53,261 nucleotides of DNA. Origin: a virus (Duplodnaviria; Caudoviricetes). The notes beneath the pieces were generated by a model. The model saw only the letters and a list, made by a program, of their open reading frames with translations, did no database searches and was not told the origin of the DNA. The DNA lies in IMG/VR virus record IMGVR_UViG_3300031687_000019, positions 1 to 53,261 of that record. One strand, 5' to 3'. The translations under genes and the position numbers were made by a program. Shown here piece by piece: positions 8,477 to 18,626 of this stretch (position 1 is its first letter; every line of letters begins with the position of its first letter).

Positions 8477-9007
8477 ATGGCATTTAAAATGACACCAGGG
8501 ATTAAAGGTAATTCCTCAAATAACTCGATTATGGGCGGAGGCTGTGGAGGAGACGGACAACCACCTTGCCCACCTAGATTTCAAGCAGAACAAACAATGG
8601 CGCCGGTAGCGGATAGGTCTTCTAGATCTAGATCTAATACATCAAAAAGGAAAGCTGCACCAGCACAAGCGCCACCAGTAAAGCTGCCGCCTAAGCTTAA
8701 AATAAATTTACCTGAGGGACATAGGTTTAGAAGTAAATTAGCAGAGGCTAGTTTTTATGAAAATATGCAGGAGGCCATTGATACTGGGGTGTTTAAGTCT
8801 CAGGAACAATTAGACTCGGCTGTAATTAAGCGACTTAAACTTAACGCTGGGCCCAAAGAACCTCCTATTTATGAGATTCCTGGAAAGGGACCTGTTCTTG
8901 ATGCCGGCCCTGTTTTGGAGGCACCTGAGAGACCTATTAGGGTTCCTGTTAAAGAAGGACCTAAAGCAGCGCCTGTTAGAGGAGTAGCGGCTGTAAAAGC
9001 AAAATAA
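8477..9007 (+). CDS. hypothetical Pro-rich protein
   Basis: MAFKM start, GCGGDGQPPCPP. Confidence 0.7.
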   Translation: MAFKMTPGIKGNSSNNSIMGGGCGGDGQPPCPPRFQAEQTMAPVADRSSRSRSNTSKRKAAPAQAPPVKLPPKLKINLPEGHRFRSKLAEASFYENMQEAIDTGVFKSQEQLDSAVIKRLKLNAGPKEPPIYEIPGKGPVLDAGPVLEAPERPIRVPVKEGPKAAPVRGVAAVKAK

Positions 9008-9039
9008 AAATTAATAATTAACAATTAAATTAAATCAAA

Positions 9040-9297
9040 ATGAGTAAAGTAAAAAAGATGGAGGTAACTCCAAAGGCAATCACTAAAGACGAGTTAAAAA
9101 AAGTTACAGAACTACAAACAGAGCTGCAATCTTATTTAGCCAACATTGGTGTATTAGAAGTGCAAAAAGCTAAAGCTATTTTTCAGGTAAACATGCTTGA
9201 AAAAGAAATGGGCGAGATTAAAAAAGATATTGAGACTAATTATGGTCCAGTTAATATTAATCTTTCTGACGGAACTTACGAAGAAATTAAAGAGTAA
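9040..9297 (+). CDS. small coiled-coil protein
   Basis: heptad pattern ending YGPVNINLSDGTY. Confidence 0.75.
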   Translation: MSKVKKMEVTPKAITKDELKKVTELQTELQSYLANIGVLEVQKAKAIFQVNMLEKEMGEIKKDIETNYGPVNINLSDGTYEEIKE

Positions 9298-9300
9298 GTT

Positions 9301-9528
9301 ATGGAAAGTGTTATAAGAAAAATTAGTATCGGGGCTGACTATAAAAACGAAGCAATGCATTACTCTGTTAAACAGACAGTTTACGGCGGTCACGAAATTT
9401 CTCATATAATGTTTGAAGAGTCTGATAATTCTTATAATATATTTATTAAGAAGGTAGATGAGATAATGCCATGGAAGAAGTTTAATTCTAACATGGCTAT
9501 ATCCGTTGAATATGACCTAGAGTATTAA
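9301..9528 (+). CDS. hypothetical protein
   Basis: ORF coupled to the next gene (TAATG). Confidence 0.75.
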   Translation: MESVIRKISIGADYKNEAMHYSVKQTVYGGHEISHIMFEESDNSYNIFIKKVDEIMPWKKFNSNMAISVEYDLEY

Positions 9529-10133
9529 TGCGAAGTATATATGATTTTATCATAAAGCCGGTAGGCAAAAGATATGATAACGAAGTTAAGGTTGGGGAGC
9601 ATACCCTTGTAACAAATAGCTCTATAGAAAGTTTTAAGCATGTTAATAATATCGCTGAAGTAATAGAAACACCCGTTGCGTTTGCGACTCCTATTAAAAA
9701 AGGAGATTTAATCGTAATACATCACAACGTTTTTAGAGTGTTTTATGACATGAAAGGAATTAAAAAGAACAGTAGGTCGTTTCTAAAAGACGGCTTATTT
9801 TTTTGTAGCATTGACCAAATATATTTATACAAGAGGAATAAAACTTGGAAATCATTTGGAGATAGATGTTTTGTTGCTCCTGTCAAAAATAAAGACATTT
9901 TAAGCAGCCAAAAAACCGCTGATCTTATTGGTATACTAAAAATAGGTAACAGCTCCCTAGAGAGCGCTGGAATCAACCCAGGCGACATAATAGGATTTAC
10001 CCCGAATAGCGAATGGGAATTTGTTGTGGATAATCAAATTATGTATTGCATGAAATCAAATGATATTGTTATAAAGTATGAACTCGATAGAAACGAAGAG
10101 GAGTATAATAGCCGCTGGGCACAAAGCAATTAA
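9528..10133 (+). CDS. tandem two-domain GroES-like protein
   Basis: two GroES-like units: FIIKP..AEVI..IKKGDLIVI and DRCFVAPV..GIL..GINPGDIIGF...EFVVDNQIMYCMKSNDIV. Confidence 0.6.
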   Translation: MRSIYDFIIKPVGKRYDNEVKVGEHTLVTNSSIESFKHVNNIAEVIETPVAFATPIKKGDLIVIHHNVFRVFYDMKGIKKNSRSFLKDGLFFCSIDQIYLYKRNKTWKSFGDRCFVAPVKNKDILSSQKTADLIGILKIGNSSLESAGINPGDIIGFTPNSEWEFVVDNQIMYCMKSNDIVIKYELDRNEEEYNSRWAQSN

Positions 10134-10350
10134 AGAATTAGTAAAGGTAGCAGAGGAAAAGATCGTTGACTCAGAGGAAGATATATCCGCTGACAGACTT
10201 AAAAATGCTGCCGCTACTAAAAAGCTTTGTATACTAGATGCTTTTGAAATATTAAACAGAATACAGGAAGAAGAAAATATGATTGCGGATGCAACTAATA
10301 CTTCGGATAAACCTGCGTTTAAAGGCTTTGCAGAGGGGAGATCCAAATAA
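10078..10350 (+). CDS. probable terminase small subunit
   Basis: small helical protein translationally coupled to terL (TAATG); positional inference. Confidence 0.5.
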   Translation: MNSIETKRSIIAAGHKAIKELVKVAEEKIVDSEEDISADRLKNAAATKKLCILDAFEILNRIQEEENMIADATNTSDKPAFKGFAEGRSK

Positions 10351-12560
10351 TGGCTTACCAGCAACAATTATACAGTATAGTCAAAGACTATATTAGGCCC
10401 CAAGCAATTAAGAAAAAAAACCGATATGCAAAATGGGAATACGGCTATAACAAAGAGCACGATGTTGTAGTTATAAGCAGGACCGGCAAAATAGGAGATA
10501 TATATCTAATAAGTGGAGTGCACATTGCATTGCCGCTATTACAAGATAAACCTGACAAAGGTATAAATAAGTGGAAAGCCACTGCCTATCCAAAAGAATT
10601 AAGTAAAATAAAAAGTGAAGCAGATTGGATCAAGTACCCAGATGCTTTTAAAGAAAAATGGTATGGGTATATTGACGGGGAGTTTAACAAGCGTGAGGAA
10701 GGCTTTTGGTTTTGTAATCAAGATAAGCTTACTTACATTACTGGTACTCACTACATGTACTTGCAGTGGTCCAAGATTGACGTTGGGCAACCTGACTTTA
10801 GGGAATCAAACAGATTATTCTACATATTCTGGGAAGCTTGCAAAGCAGACAGCAGATGCTACGGTATGTGCTACCTTAAGAATAGAAGATCGGGATTTTC
10901 TTTCATGGCTTCCGGCGAGACCGTTAACCAAGCAACAATATCTTCGGATGCTCGATTTGGCATATTGTCCAAATCTGGACCCGATGCAAAGAAGATGTTT
11001 ACAGACAAAGTTGTACCAATATCGGTTAACTATCCATTCTTCTTTAAACCAATCCAGGATGGAATGGACCGTCCTAAAACAGAACTCGCATACAGAGTTC
11101 CCGCTTCAAAATTTACAAGAAGAAAACTTGACGCCAACGCGGTACCAGAAGAGATCGTCGGGCTCGACACAACGGTCGATTGGAAAAACACGGGGGACAA
11201 CTCATACGATGGGGAAAAACTAAAACTATTGGTACACGATGAAAGTGGCAAGTGGGAAAGACCAACTAATATACTTAACAACTGGCGAGTAACTAAAACT
11301 TGTTTAAGATTAGGTAGTAGAGTTATTGGTAAGTGTATGATGGGATCAACATCAAACGCTTTAGATAAAGGTGGTAAAAACTTTAAAAAATTATACGATA
11401 GTTCTGACGTAACCAATAGGAATAAAAATGGCCAAACAAAAAGTGGTTTATATAAGTTGTTTATTCCAATGGAATGGAATTACGAAGGATTTATAGATGA
11501 GCACGGATGGCCCGTATTTGAAACACCTAGAAAAAAAACAGAGGGGCCTCATGGAACACCTATTGAGGAAGGTGTTATAAATCATTGGGAAAATGAAGTT
11601 GAAGGTTTAAAAGACGACCCGGATGCACTAAACGAATATTACCGTCAATTTCCAAGAACAGAGCAGCACGCTTTTAGAGATGAATCTAAGCAATCTATAT
11701 TTAACTTAACAAAAATATATCAGCAAATAGATTATAACGAAGAGCTAAGAAACAATACAATGGTTACTCAGGGTAATTTCCAATGGAAAAACGGTATCAA
11801 AGATACAGAAGTAATATTCTATCCTAACAAAGACGGTAGATTTTATATTACATGGGTGCCTAATCAAAATCAACAAAACAATATAATAATAAAAAATGGT
11901 ATTAAATATCCAGGAAATGAGCACATGGGTGCCTTTGGTTGCGATAGCTACGATATCAGTGGTGTCGTTGGTGGCGGCGGCTCTAACGGAGCTTTACATG
12001 GATTAACTAAATTTTCAATGGAGGATGTACCTCCAAATCATTTCTTTTTAGAATATATTGCAAGACCTTCAACAGCTGAGATGTTTTTTGAAGATGTATT
12101 AATGGCTATGGTATTTTACGGAATGCCAATACTTGCGGAGAATAACAAACCAAGATTGCTCTATTATATAAAAAGAAGGGGATATCGAGGGTTTAGTATC
12201 AATAGACCAGATAGAACTTACAATAAGTTATCAGTAGCCGAAAGAGAAGTAGGGGGAATACCTAATTCAAGTGAAGATATAAAACAAGCACATGCATCCG
12301 CTATTGAAACCTATATAGAAGACTTTGTAGGCCAAAAAGTAGATGGTTACGGAGATGTTTATTTACAAAGAACATTACAAGATTGGGCTAAATTCGATAT
12401 AAACAACAGAACAAAACACGATGCATCAATAAGTTCAGGGCTGGCATTAATGGCTTGCAATAAGCACAGGTACACACCTAGAGCAGCTACACAAAAAAAA
12501 GTGTATGCTTTAGGCTTTAAAAAATACAATAACGAGGGAGCTACTTCAAAAATAATATAA
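10350..12560 (+). CDS. terL: terminase large subunit
   Basis: Walker A-like LKNRRSGFS, Walker B LLVHDESGKW, GSTSN motif III, nuclease GCDSYD and HDASISSGLAL. Confidence 0.93.
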   Translation: MAYQQQLYSIVKDYIRPQAIKKKNRYAKWEYGYNKEHDVVVISRTGKIGDIYLISGVHIALPLLQDKPDKGINKWKATAYPKELSKIKSEADWIKYPDAFKEKWYGYIDGEFNKREEGFWFCNQDKLTYITGTHYMYLQWSKIDVGQPDFRESNRLFYIFWEACKADSRCYGMCYLKNRRSGFSFMASGETVNQATISSDARFGILSKSGPDAKKMFTDKVVPISVNYPFFFKPIQDGMDRPKTELAYRVPASKFTRRKLDANAVPEEIVGLDTTVDWKNTGDNSYDGEKLKLLVHDESGKWERPTNILNNWRVTKTCLRLGSRVIGKCMMGSTSNALDKGGKNFKKLYDSSDVTNRNKNGQTKSGLYKLFIPMEWNYEGFIDEHGWPVFETPRKKTEGPHGTPIEEGVINHWENEVEGLKDDPDALNEYYRQFPRTEQHAFRDESKQSIFNLTKIYQQIDYNEELRNNTMVTQGNFQWKNGIKDTEVIFYPNKDGRFYITWVPNQNQQNNIIIKNGIKYPGNEHMGAFGCDSYDISGVVGGGGSNGALHGLTKFSMEDVPPNHFFLEYIARPSTAEMFFEDVLMAMVFYGMPILAENNKPRLLYYIKRRGYRGFSINRPDRTYNKLSVAEREVGGIPNSSEDIKQAHASAIETYIEDFVGQKVDGYGDVYLQRTLQDWAKFDINNRTKHDASISSGLALMACNKHRYTPRAATQKKVYALGFKKYNNEGATSKII

Positions 12561-12563
12561 TAA

Positions 12564-14975
12564 ATGAACGTAAGTACAAATATTAATAGCCCATTTCCTG
12601 ACCAGGTAGTTAGCGACGCTGAGAAAGCTACGCTAGAATACGGATTACAAGTGTCAAGAGCTATTGAGCAGGAGTGGTTTAATTACGGAGGCGCCGGATC
12701 AAATAGATATTCTATTAATTGGAATAGCTTTCACAATCTTAGGCTATATGCTAGAGGGGAACAAAGTGTGCAAAAGTACAAGGATGAATTAGCTATTAAT
12801 GGCGATTTGTCTTATCTTAATTTAGATTGGAAGCCAGTACCAATACTTTCAAAGTTTTCAAATATTGTTGCTAATGGTATTACACAAAAGCAATACGATC
12901 TATCTGCATATTCTCAGGATCCCCAGTCTTTAAAGAAAAGAACGGATTATGCGAATGACATGTTATTTGATATGCTAACCATAAACTCCAGAGCAAAAGC
13001 CAGCTCGATTATACCTATGGATTTAAGTAGGTCTGGTATACCCGATAGCGAACTCCCGGAATCAATGGAAGAAAGAGATCTTCACATGCAACTTAGATAC
13101 AAGCCCGCTATAGAAATCGCGGAAGAAGAGGCAATTAATACCATATTAGCTACAAATGAATATGATTTAGTAAGAGCTAGAGTCAACCAGGATTTAGTTA
13201 ATATAGGAATGGGTATAACGAAGGCATCGTTTAATCCAGCTGAAGGCATTGTGGTTGATTATGTAGATCCTGCTTATTGTGTTTGGTCATACACTGAAGA
13301 TCCCCACTTTGATGATATATATTATGTAGGTGAAGTAAAGTCTATAACTATACCAGAGCTTAAAAAAGAATTTCCTTATATATCTAATGAAGAGCTAGAA
13401 AAAATTCAAAAGTTTCCTGGAAACAAAAGAATGATTCAAGGATTTGAAAACTACGACAATAATACTGTTCAAGTATTATATTTTGAATATAAGACCTACA
13501 CTGATCAAGTATTTAAAATAAAAAGGACGGATAGCGGCTTAGAAAAAGCTATCGAAAAAACCGATATGTTTAATCCTCCTCCAAATGATAATTTTGAAAG
13601 AGTATCTAGATCTATTGAGGTATTGTACGAAGGTGCTAAGGTTATAGGCACTGACATAATGCTTAAATGGAATATGTCGGAAAACATGACTAGACCGTTA
13701 GCTGACACTACCAGAGTTGAAATGAGCTACTCAATGTGTGCTCCCAGAATGTATAAAGGAGTAATACAATCGCTTATAAGTAAGTGTATCGGATTTGCAG
13801 ATGTTATACAATTAACTCATTTAAAAATACAGCAAGTATTAGCTAGAATGGTTCCAGACGGAGTGTTTTTAGATGTGGATGGATTAGCGGAGGTTGATTT
13901 GGGCAACGGCACAAACTATAATCCTCAAGAGGCGTTGAATATGTATTTTCAAACAGGGTCAGTTGTTGGTAGATCGATGACACAAGAAGGAGACATGAAC
14001 AGGGGTAAAGTGCCTATACAGGAATTATCAAGTTCATCGGGTATAGGTAAAATACAGGCTTTGATTACTGCATACAATTATAATATGCAAATGATTAGAG
14101 ATGTAACGGGCTTAAATGAAGCCCGCGATGGCAGCATGCCTAGTCCAGACTCTTTAGTAGGACTTCAAAAAATGGCTGCTAATGCATCTAATACCGCTAC
14201 AAAACATATACAGGATGCTAGCATACAGTTAACCTTGAGTACCTGCGAGAATATTTCTTTAAAAATAAATGACGTTTTAAACTTTCCGTTAACAAAAAAT
14301 TCGTTAATGAATAGTATATCAACTTTTAACGTTGAAACTTTAAAAGAAATTGAAAATCTTAATTTACATGATTTTGGTATATTCTTAGAAATGGAACCAG
14401 ATGAAGAAGAAAGGGCGGAGCTGCAAAAAAACATACAGATATGTTTGCAAACAAAAGAAATTGATATTGAAGATTCAATAGATATTAATCAAATTAAAAA
14501 CCTTAAGCTGGCCAATGAAATGCTAAAGGTAAAAAGAAAAAAAAGACAGCAAAAAGCACAGGCTTTAGTCCAGCAAAATATTCAAGCACAAGCGCAAGCA
14601 AACGCGCAGGCGTCTGAAAAGGCAGCAATGGCTGAAGTGCAAAAACAACAGGCTTTAACTGCAGAAAAAGTTGCGATAGAGCAGGCTAAATCTAACTTTG
14701 AAATGCAAAGAATGCAGACCGAAGCACAGATTAAGAAAGAATTGATGGCTACTAAATTTCAATATGACTTGCAGCTAGAACAAATGAAAACTCAACAAAT
14801 AAAAGCTAAAGAAGACAATGCTGATGCCGCCAAAGTTAAAAGAATAGAAAAAGAGGGAACACAGCAAAGCCAAATGATAGAGCAAAGACAATCCAAAGGT
14901 ATGCCTAAAGATTTTGAAAATGCCGAACAAGGAGCTATAGGCGGTATGGATATGTCTCAATTTATGCCCCAATAA
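12564..14975 (+). CDS. portal protein
   Basis: 803 aa after terL; VTGLNEARDG motif; Q/A-rich C-terminal coiled-coil barrel. Confidence 0.85.
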   Translation: MNVSTNINSPFPDQVVSDAEKATLEYGLQVSRAIEQEWFNYGGAGSNRYSINWNSFHNLRLYARGEQSVQKYKDELAINGDLSYLNLDWKPVPILSKFSNIVANGITQKQYDLSAYSQDPQSLKKRTDYANDMLFDMLTINSRAKASSIIPMDLSRSGIPDSELPESMEERDLHMQLRYKPAIEIAEEEAINTILATNEYDLVRARVNQDLVNIGMGITKASFNPAEGIVVDYVDPAYCVWSYTEDPHFDDIYYVGEVKSITIPELKKEFPYISNEELEKIQKFPGNKRMIQGFENYDNNTVQVLYFEYKTYTDQVFKIKRTDSGLEKAIEKTDMFNPPPNDNFERVSRSIEVLYEGAKVIGTDIMLKWNMSENMTRPLADTTRVEMSYSMCAPRMYKGVIQSLISKCIGFADVIQLTHLKIQQVLARMVPDGVFLDVDGLAEVDLGNGTNYNPQEALNMYFQTGSVVGRSMTQEGDMNRGKVPIQELSSSSGIGKIQALITAYNYNMQMIRDVTGLNEARDGSMPSPDSLVGLQKMAANASNTATKHIQDASIQLTLSTCENISLKINDVLNFPLTKNSLMNSISTFNVETLKEIENLNLHDFGIFLEMEPDEEERAELQKNIQICLQTKEIDIEDSIDINQIKNLKLANEMLKVKRKKRQQKAQALVQQNIQAQAQANAQASEKAAMAEVQKQQALTAEKVAIEQAKSNFEMQRMQTEAQIKKELMATKFQYDLQLEQMKTQQIKAKEDNADAAKVKRIEKEGTQQSQMIEQRQSKGMPKDFENAEQGAIGGMDMSQFMPQ

Positions 14976-15007
14976 ACAAGTATTTAATAATTATATAATA
15001 TCATATC

Positions 15008-16129
15008 ATGAGTGAAAAAACAGAAGGATCTTTTAAGATCAAGTCTAAGCTAACTGAAGAACAATTAGCGGCTAAAAACAGGGAACCTTTAATAGATATT
15101 CCCAGCAATGTAACCCGAGTAGTAATACCTAAAGAAGGAATAGATGCCATTCAAAAGCCAAGCACAGAGAAAGTGGATGTACATGAACCTTCCGAAGATA
15201 GCGAAGATGTGGTCCAAGATGTACCCGAACCAGTTATCAAAGAAATTACCGAAGAAAGTAAAAAAGAAGAAGAAATAAAGTTAGAACCATTAGCGCCACA
15301 ACCCGTATTACCAGAAAATATTACTAAGCTAGTATCTTTTATGGAAGAAACAGGCGGTACTTTGCAGGACTACATTAGACTAAACACTAATTACGACGAT
15401 GTAGATCGCGACGTTTTAGTTAAAGAATATTACAAAAACACTAAATCCCATTTAAGCGCGGACGAAATCGACTTTATGCTCGATGACAACTTTGCGTTTG
15501 ATGAAGAGGTAGACGAGGAGCGAGATATCCGAAGAAAAAAACTCGCATATAAAGAAGAGGTTGCAAAAGCCCGTAAGTTTTTAAATGATACTAAAGATAA
15601 GTATTATGACGAGATCAAGTTGAACTCGCCTAAATTATCTGGAAATCAACAAGAAGCTTCGGACTTTTTTAATCGATATAAAGAGGACCAGGAAAGAAAC
15701 ACCGCTAATCACGAAAAGTTTAAAGCCAATACTAATCAATTACTTAATAACGAATTCGAAGGTTTCGATTTTAATTTAGGGGATAAGAAATTTAGATATG
15801 GCATACAAAACGCTTCGCAGGTAGCAGAAAAGCAATCAGACATCGGTAATTTTATAGGGAAGTTCCTTGGAGAAGACGGTGTAATTAAAGATACCGCAGG
15901 GTATCATAAAGCGCTGTATGCAGGTGCTAATGCTGACAAAGTAGCAAATCACTTTTACGAACAAGGCAAAGCAGATGCTATTAGAGATGTTGTAAACAAA
16001 TCTAATAACACCTCTAGCACAGCTAGAAAAGCTGCGCCAGTAGACGGAGCAAGGTTCGGTGCATACAAAGTAAAATCAGTTTCTGGAGCGGACTCAACAA
16101 GACTAAAAATTAAAAAGTTTAAAAATTAA
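15008..16129 (+). CDS. scaffolding-type protein
   Basis: acidic and helical, between portal and capsid; FYEQGKADA motif. Confidence 0.65.
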   Translation: MSEKTEGSFKIKSKLTEEQLAAKNREPLIDIPSNVTRVVIPKEGIDAIQKPSTEKVDVHEPSEDSEDVVQDVPEPVIKEITEESKKEEEIKLEPLAPQPVLPENITKLVSFMEETGGTLQDYIRLNTNYDDVDRDVLVKEYYKNTKSHLSADEIDFMLDDNFAFDEEVDEERDIRRKKLAYKEEVAKARKFLNDTKDKYYDEIKLNSPKLSGNQQEASDFFNRYKEDQERNTANHEKFKANTNQLLNNEFEGFDFNLGDKKFRYGIQNASQVAEKQSDIGNFIGKFLGEDGVIKDTAGYHKALYAGANADKVANHFYEQGKADAIRDVVNKSNNTSSTARKAAPVDGARFGAYKVKSVSGADSTRLKIKKFKN

Positions 16130-16134
16130 TAACA

Positions 16135-17607
16135 ATGAGTTTATTACCACAATTTGGGGCTATTGTCCCTTCACAATCACAGCAAATACTTAACACTAAC
16201 TACCTACAATGGACCGCCAATGGGGGAGCTGGTGCAGTACCTGCTAATTTCGCTGACTTCGCTCAGCAGTATTTACCAGAAATTTATGAAGCAGAAGTAG
16301 AGCGTTATGGAAACAGAACGTTAGCTGGATTTCTAAACATGGTTGGCGCTGAAATGCCAATGACTTCTGATCAAGTTATTTGGTCTGAACAAAATCGTTT
16401 GCATATTGCTTATGACGATTGTACTTACGCCGGAGGAGCACCTACTGTATTAATTATAGGAGGGGGCGCTACCGCGCAAAACGTAATGTCTATTAACGAT
16501 ACAGTTGTTCTTTTGGACACAGTAACAGGAACAGAAGCTAAGGCTGTTGTAACCGCTACTGTACCTGGAGCGTCTGGTGTTGGAAGTGTTACTCTTCAGT
16601 TTTACAACGGAAACGTATTAAACACTGCTGGATCTGTATTCACATCTGGTGCTATTAAGGTTTTCGTATATGGATCTGATTACTCTAAAGGTACCACTAT
16701 TGGTACGGGAGCTGGAAATTCAGCTGCTAGAGTATCTGTAGAACCTGTGCTGACACAGTTTTCAAACTCTCCAATCATTATTAGAGATCAATATGTTGTA
16801 TCTGGATCAGATACCGCTCAGATCGGTTGGGTAAATGTAGCAACGGAAGACGGAACTGATGGATACTTATGGTACCTAAAAGCAGCGTCTGAAACTCGCT
16901 TACGTTTTCAAGACTACTTAGAAATGGCTATGGTAGAAGGAGAATTAAATACAAATGCAGGGGCAGGTGCTTATCAGGACCTACAGCAGCCAGGAACACA
17001 AGGTTTGTTTGCAGCTATCTCGGATAGAGGTAATGTACAAACTGGATTCACAGCCGCTAACGGACTAACTGAATTTGATGCAATTCTTAAAAACCTAGAT
17101 ACTCAGGGGGCAATTGAAGAGAACATGTTGTTTTTACAACGTCAAACTGCTTTGGACTTTGATGATATGCTAGCTGCGATTTCTAGTGGACAAACTGGAG
17201 GAGTTGCTTATGGTTTATTTGAAAATTCAGAAGACATGGCGCTTAACTTAGGATTTAGTGGGTTCCGTAGAGGATCTTACGATTTCTATAAGACAGATTG
17301 GAAATACTTAAATGATGCGTCTACTCGTGGAGGAATCACTGGAGTTAATTCAATCGAAGGTGTATTAGTACCAGCTGGAACATCAACTGTTTACGATCAA
17401 ATTTTAGGAACAAATATCAGACGTCCATTTTTGCACGTACGATACAGAGCTTCTCAAACTGACGACCGTAGAATGAAATCTTGGTTAACAGGATCTGTTG
17501 GTGGAGCTAGTACTTCAACTCTTGATGCAATGGAAGTAAACTTCCTATCTGAAAGATGTTTAGTAACGCAAGCTGCTAACAACTTTGTACTATTCAAAGG
17601 AATCTAA
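16135..17607 (+). CDS. major capsid protein
   Basis: 490 aa after the scaffold, followed by a strong terminator; VIWSEQ, GTQGLF and LGFSGFRRG motifs. Confidence 0.85.
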   Translation: MSLLPQFGAIVPSQSQQILNTNYLQWTANGGAGAVPANFADFAQQYLPEIYEAEVERYGNRTLAGFLNMVGAEMPMTSDQVIWSEQNRLHIAYDDCTYAGGAPTVLIIGGGATAQNVMSINDTVVLLDTVTGTEAKAVVTATVPGASGVGSVTLQFYNGNVLNTAGSVFTSGAIKVFVYGSDYSKGTTIGTGAGNSAARVSVEPVLTQFSNSPIIIRDQYVVSGSDTAQIGWVNVATEDGTDGYLWYLKAASETRLRFQDYLEMAMVEGELNTNAGAGAYQDLQQPGTQGLFAAISDRGNVQTGFTAANGLTEFDAILKNLDTQGAIEENMLFLQRQTALDFDDMLAAISSGQTGGVAYGLFENSEDMALNLGFSGFRRGSYDFYKTDWKYLNDASTRGGITGVNSIEGVLVPAGTSTVYDQILGTNIRRPFLHVRYRASQTDDRRMKSWLTGSVGGASTSTLDAMEVNFLSERCLVTQAANNFVLFKGI

Positions 17608-17629
17608 GGATTCAAATTAATGTAGAGAT

Positions 17630-17662
17630 GAGGGTGCCTTCGGGCACTCTTACTTTACTTTT
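17630..17662 (+). terminator. intrinsic terminator after the MCP gene
   Basis: GAGGGTGCC-TTCG-GGCACTCTT (cUUCGg loop) with a T-rich tail. Confidence 0.8.
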
Positions 17663-17685
17663 TAACTATTAAATTATATTATATT

Positions 17686-18525
17686 ATGGCTAACAAAAAA
17701 CCCGTAGCTAAAAAAGCTACACAAGTAGAAGAAACTGTAGAAAAAATTGCAATCTCTACTATAAAAGAAACAAAAGTAGAATCTAAACCCCAATGGGAAA
17801 TTAAAGATAGAGTATACTACTTAATAGGAAACAAATCTCCTTTAACATTAACAATACCTGGAAAGCACACAAGAAAACATTCTTTGTTGTATTTTGATCC
17901 AGAAAACGGAAAACAAAAAGAGCTTAGGTATGCTACTAATCATGATTCTCCATTTAAAGAAAATCAAAATGGCGAAGCAACCTTGGGACATATAATGTTT
18001 AGAAACGGAGACTTAAAAGTAACTAAAGAAAAACAAAATTTGCAAAAGCTACTTTCTTTGTATCACCCTTTGAAAGGAAGAATATACCAAGAATTTGATG
18101 CTGTAGAAGAAGCTTATGATGATTTAGAATTATTAGATATGCAAACAGATGCAGCCGTATTTGCTAGAGAAATGGATATTGACGATGCCGAGGCTATACT
18201 GCGAGTTGAAATGGGTACCTCAGTAAATAAACTATCCTCTAAAGAAATCAAAAGAGACTTAAGATTATTTGCAAGAAGCAATCCTTATTTATTCCTTGAA
18301 TTAGCTCAGGATGAAAATGTAGGTCTTAGAAATACAGCCATTAAAGCAGCGGAAGCTGGTATTATTGCTTTATCTCAAGATCAAAGAACATTTTCTTGGG
18401 CTTCTAATGGAAGAAAGCTAATGAATGTGCCGTTTGATGAAAACCCATATTCAGCAATGGCAGCTTATTTCAAAACCGACGAAGGTGGAGAAGTATTTAG
18501 ATCTATAGAAAAAAAGATTAATTAG
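17686..18525 (+). CDS. hypothetical protein following the MCP gene
   Basis: long ORF in the head module. Confidence 0.75.
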   Translation: MANKKPVAKKATQVEETVEKIAISTIKETKVESKPQWEIKDRVYYLIGNKSPLTLTIPGKHTRKHSLLYFDPENGKQKELRYATNHDSPFKENQNGEATLGHIMFRNGDLKVTKEKQNLQKLLSLYHPLKGRIYQEFDAVEEAYDDLELLDMQTDAAVFAREMDIDDAEAILRVEMGTSVNKLSSKEIKRDLRLFARSNPYLFLELAQDENVGLRNTAIKAAEAGIIALSQDQRTFSWASNGRKLMNVPFDENPYSAMAAYFKTDEGGEVFRSIEKKIN

Positions 18526-18558
18526 TAGTTTTTAAAAAAACTATGTGATTATATTATA
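18525..18558 (+). promoter_or_regulatory. putative middle/late promoter motif, copy 4
   Basis: GTAGTT-N13-TGTGATTATATT upstream of the tail module. Confidence 0.65.
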
Positions 18559-18573
18559 GATGGTGAATTAATT

Positions 18574-18603
18574 TTAGCCGGCTTCATCACTGGGGCCGGT
18601 TAA
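18574..18603 (+). other. 13-bp RNA hairpin in the tail-operon leader
   Basis: TTAGCCGGCTTCA-TCAC-TGGGGCCGGTTAA; G-U pairs favour the + strand. Confidence 0.65.
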
Positions 18604-18626
18604 TATTTATAATAAAAAGAAATAAA

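Noticed and set aside
10615-11223. 202-aa alternative-frame ORF inside terL, and similar ones inside nrdA, nrdB and the helicase gene
   Set aside because: Fully nested in conserved genes with no motif or independent leader; likely by-products of codon usage
14981-15007. Late promoter before the scaffold gene (AATAATTATATAATA)
   Set aside because: Matches only the downstream half; no GTAGTT at the expected spacing, and the region is very AT-rich
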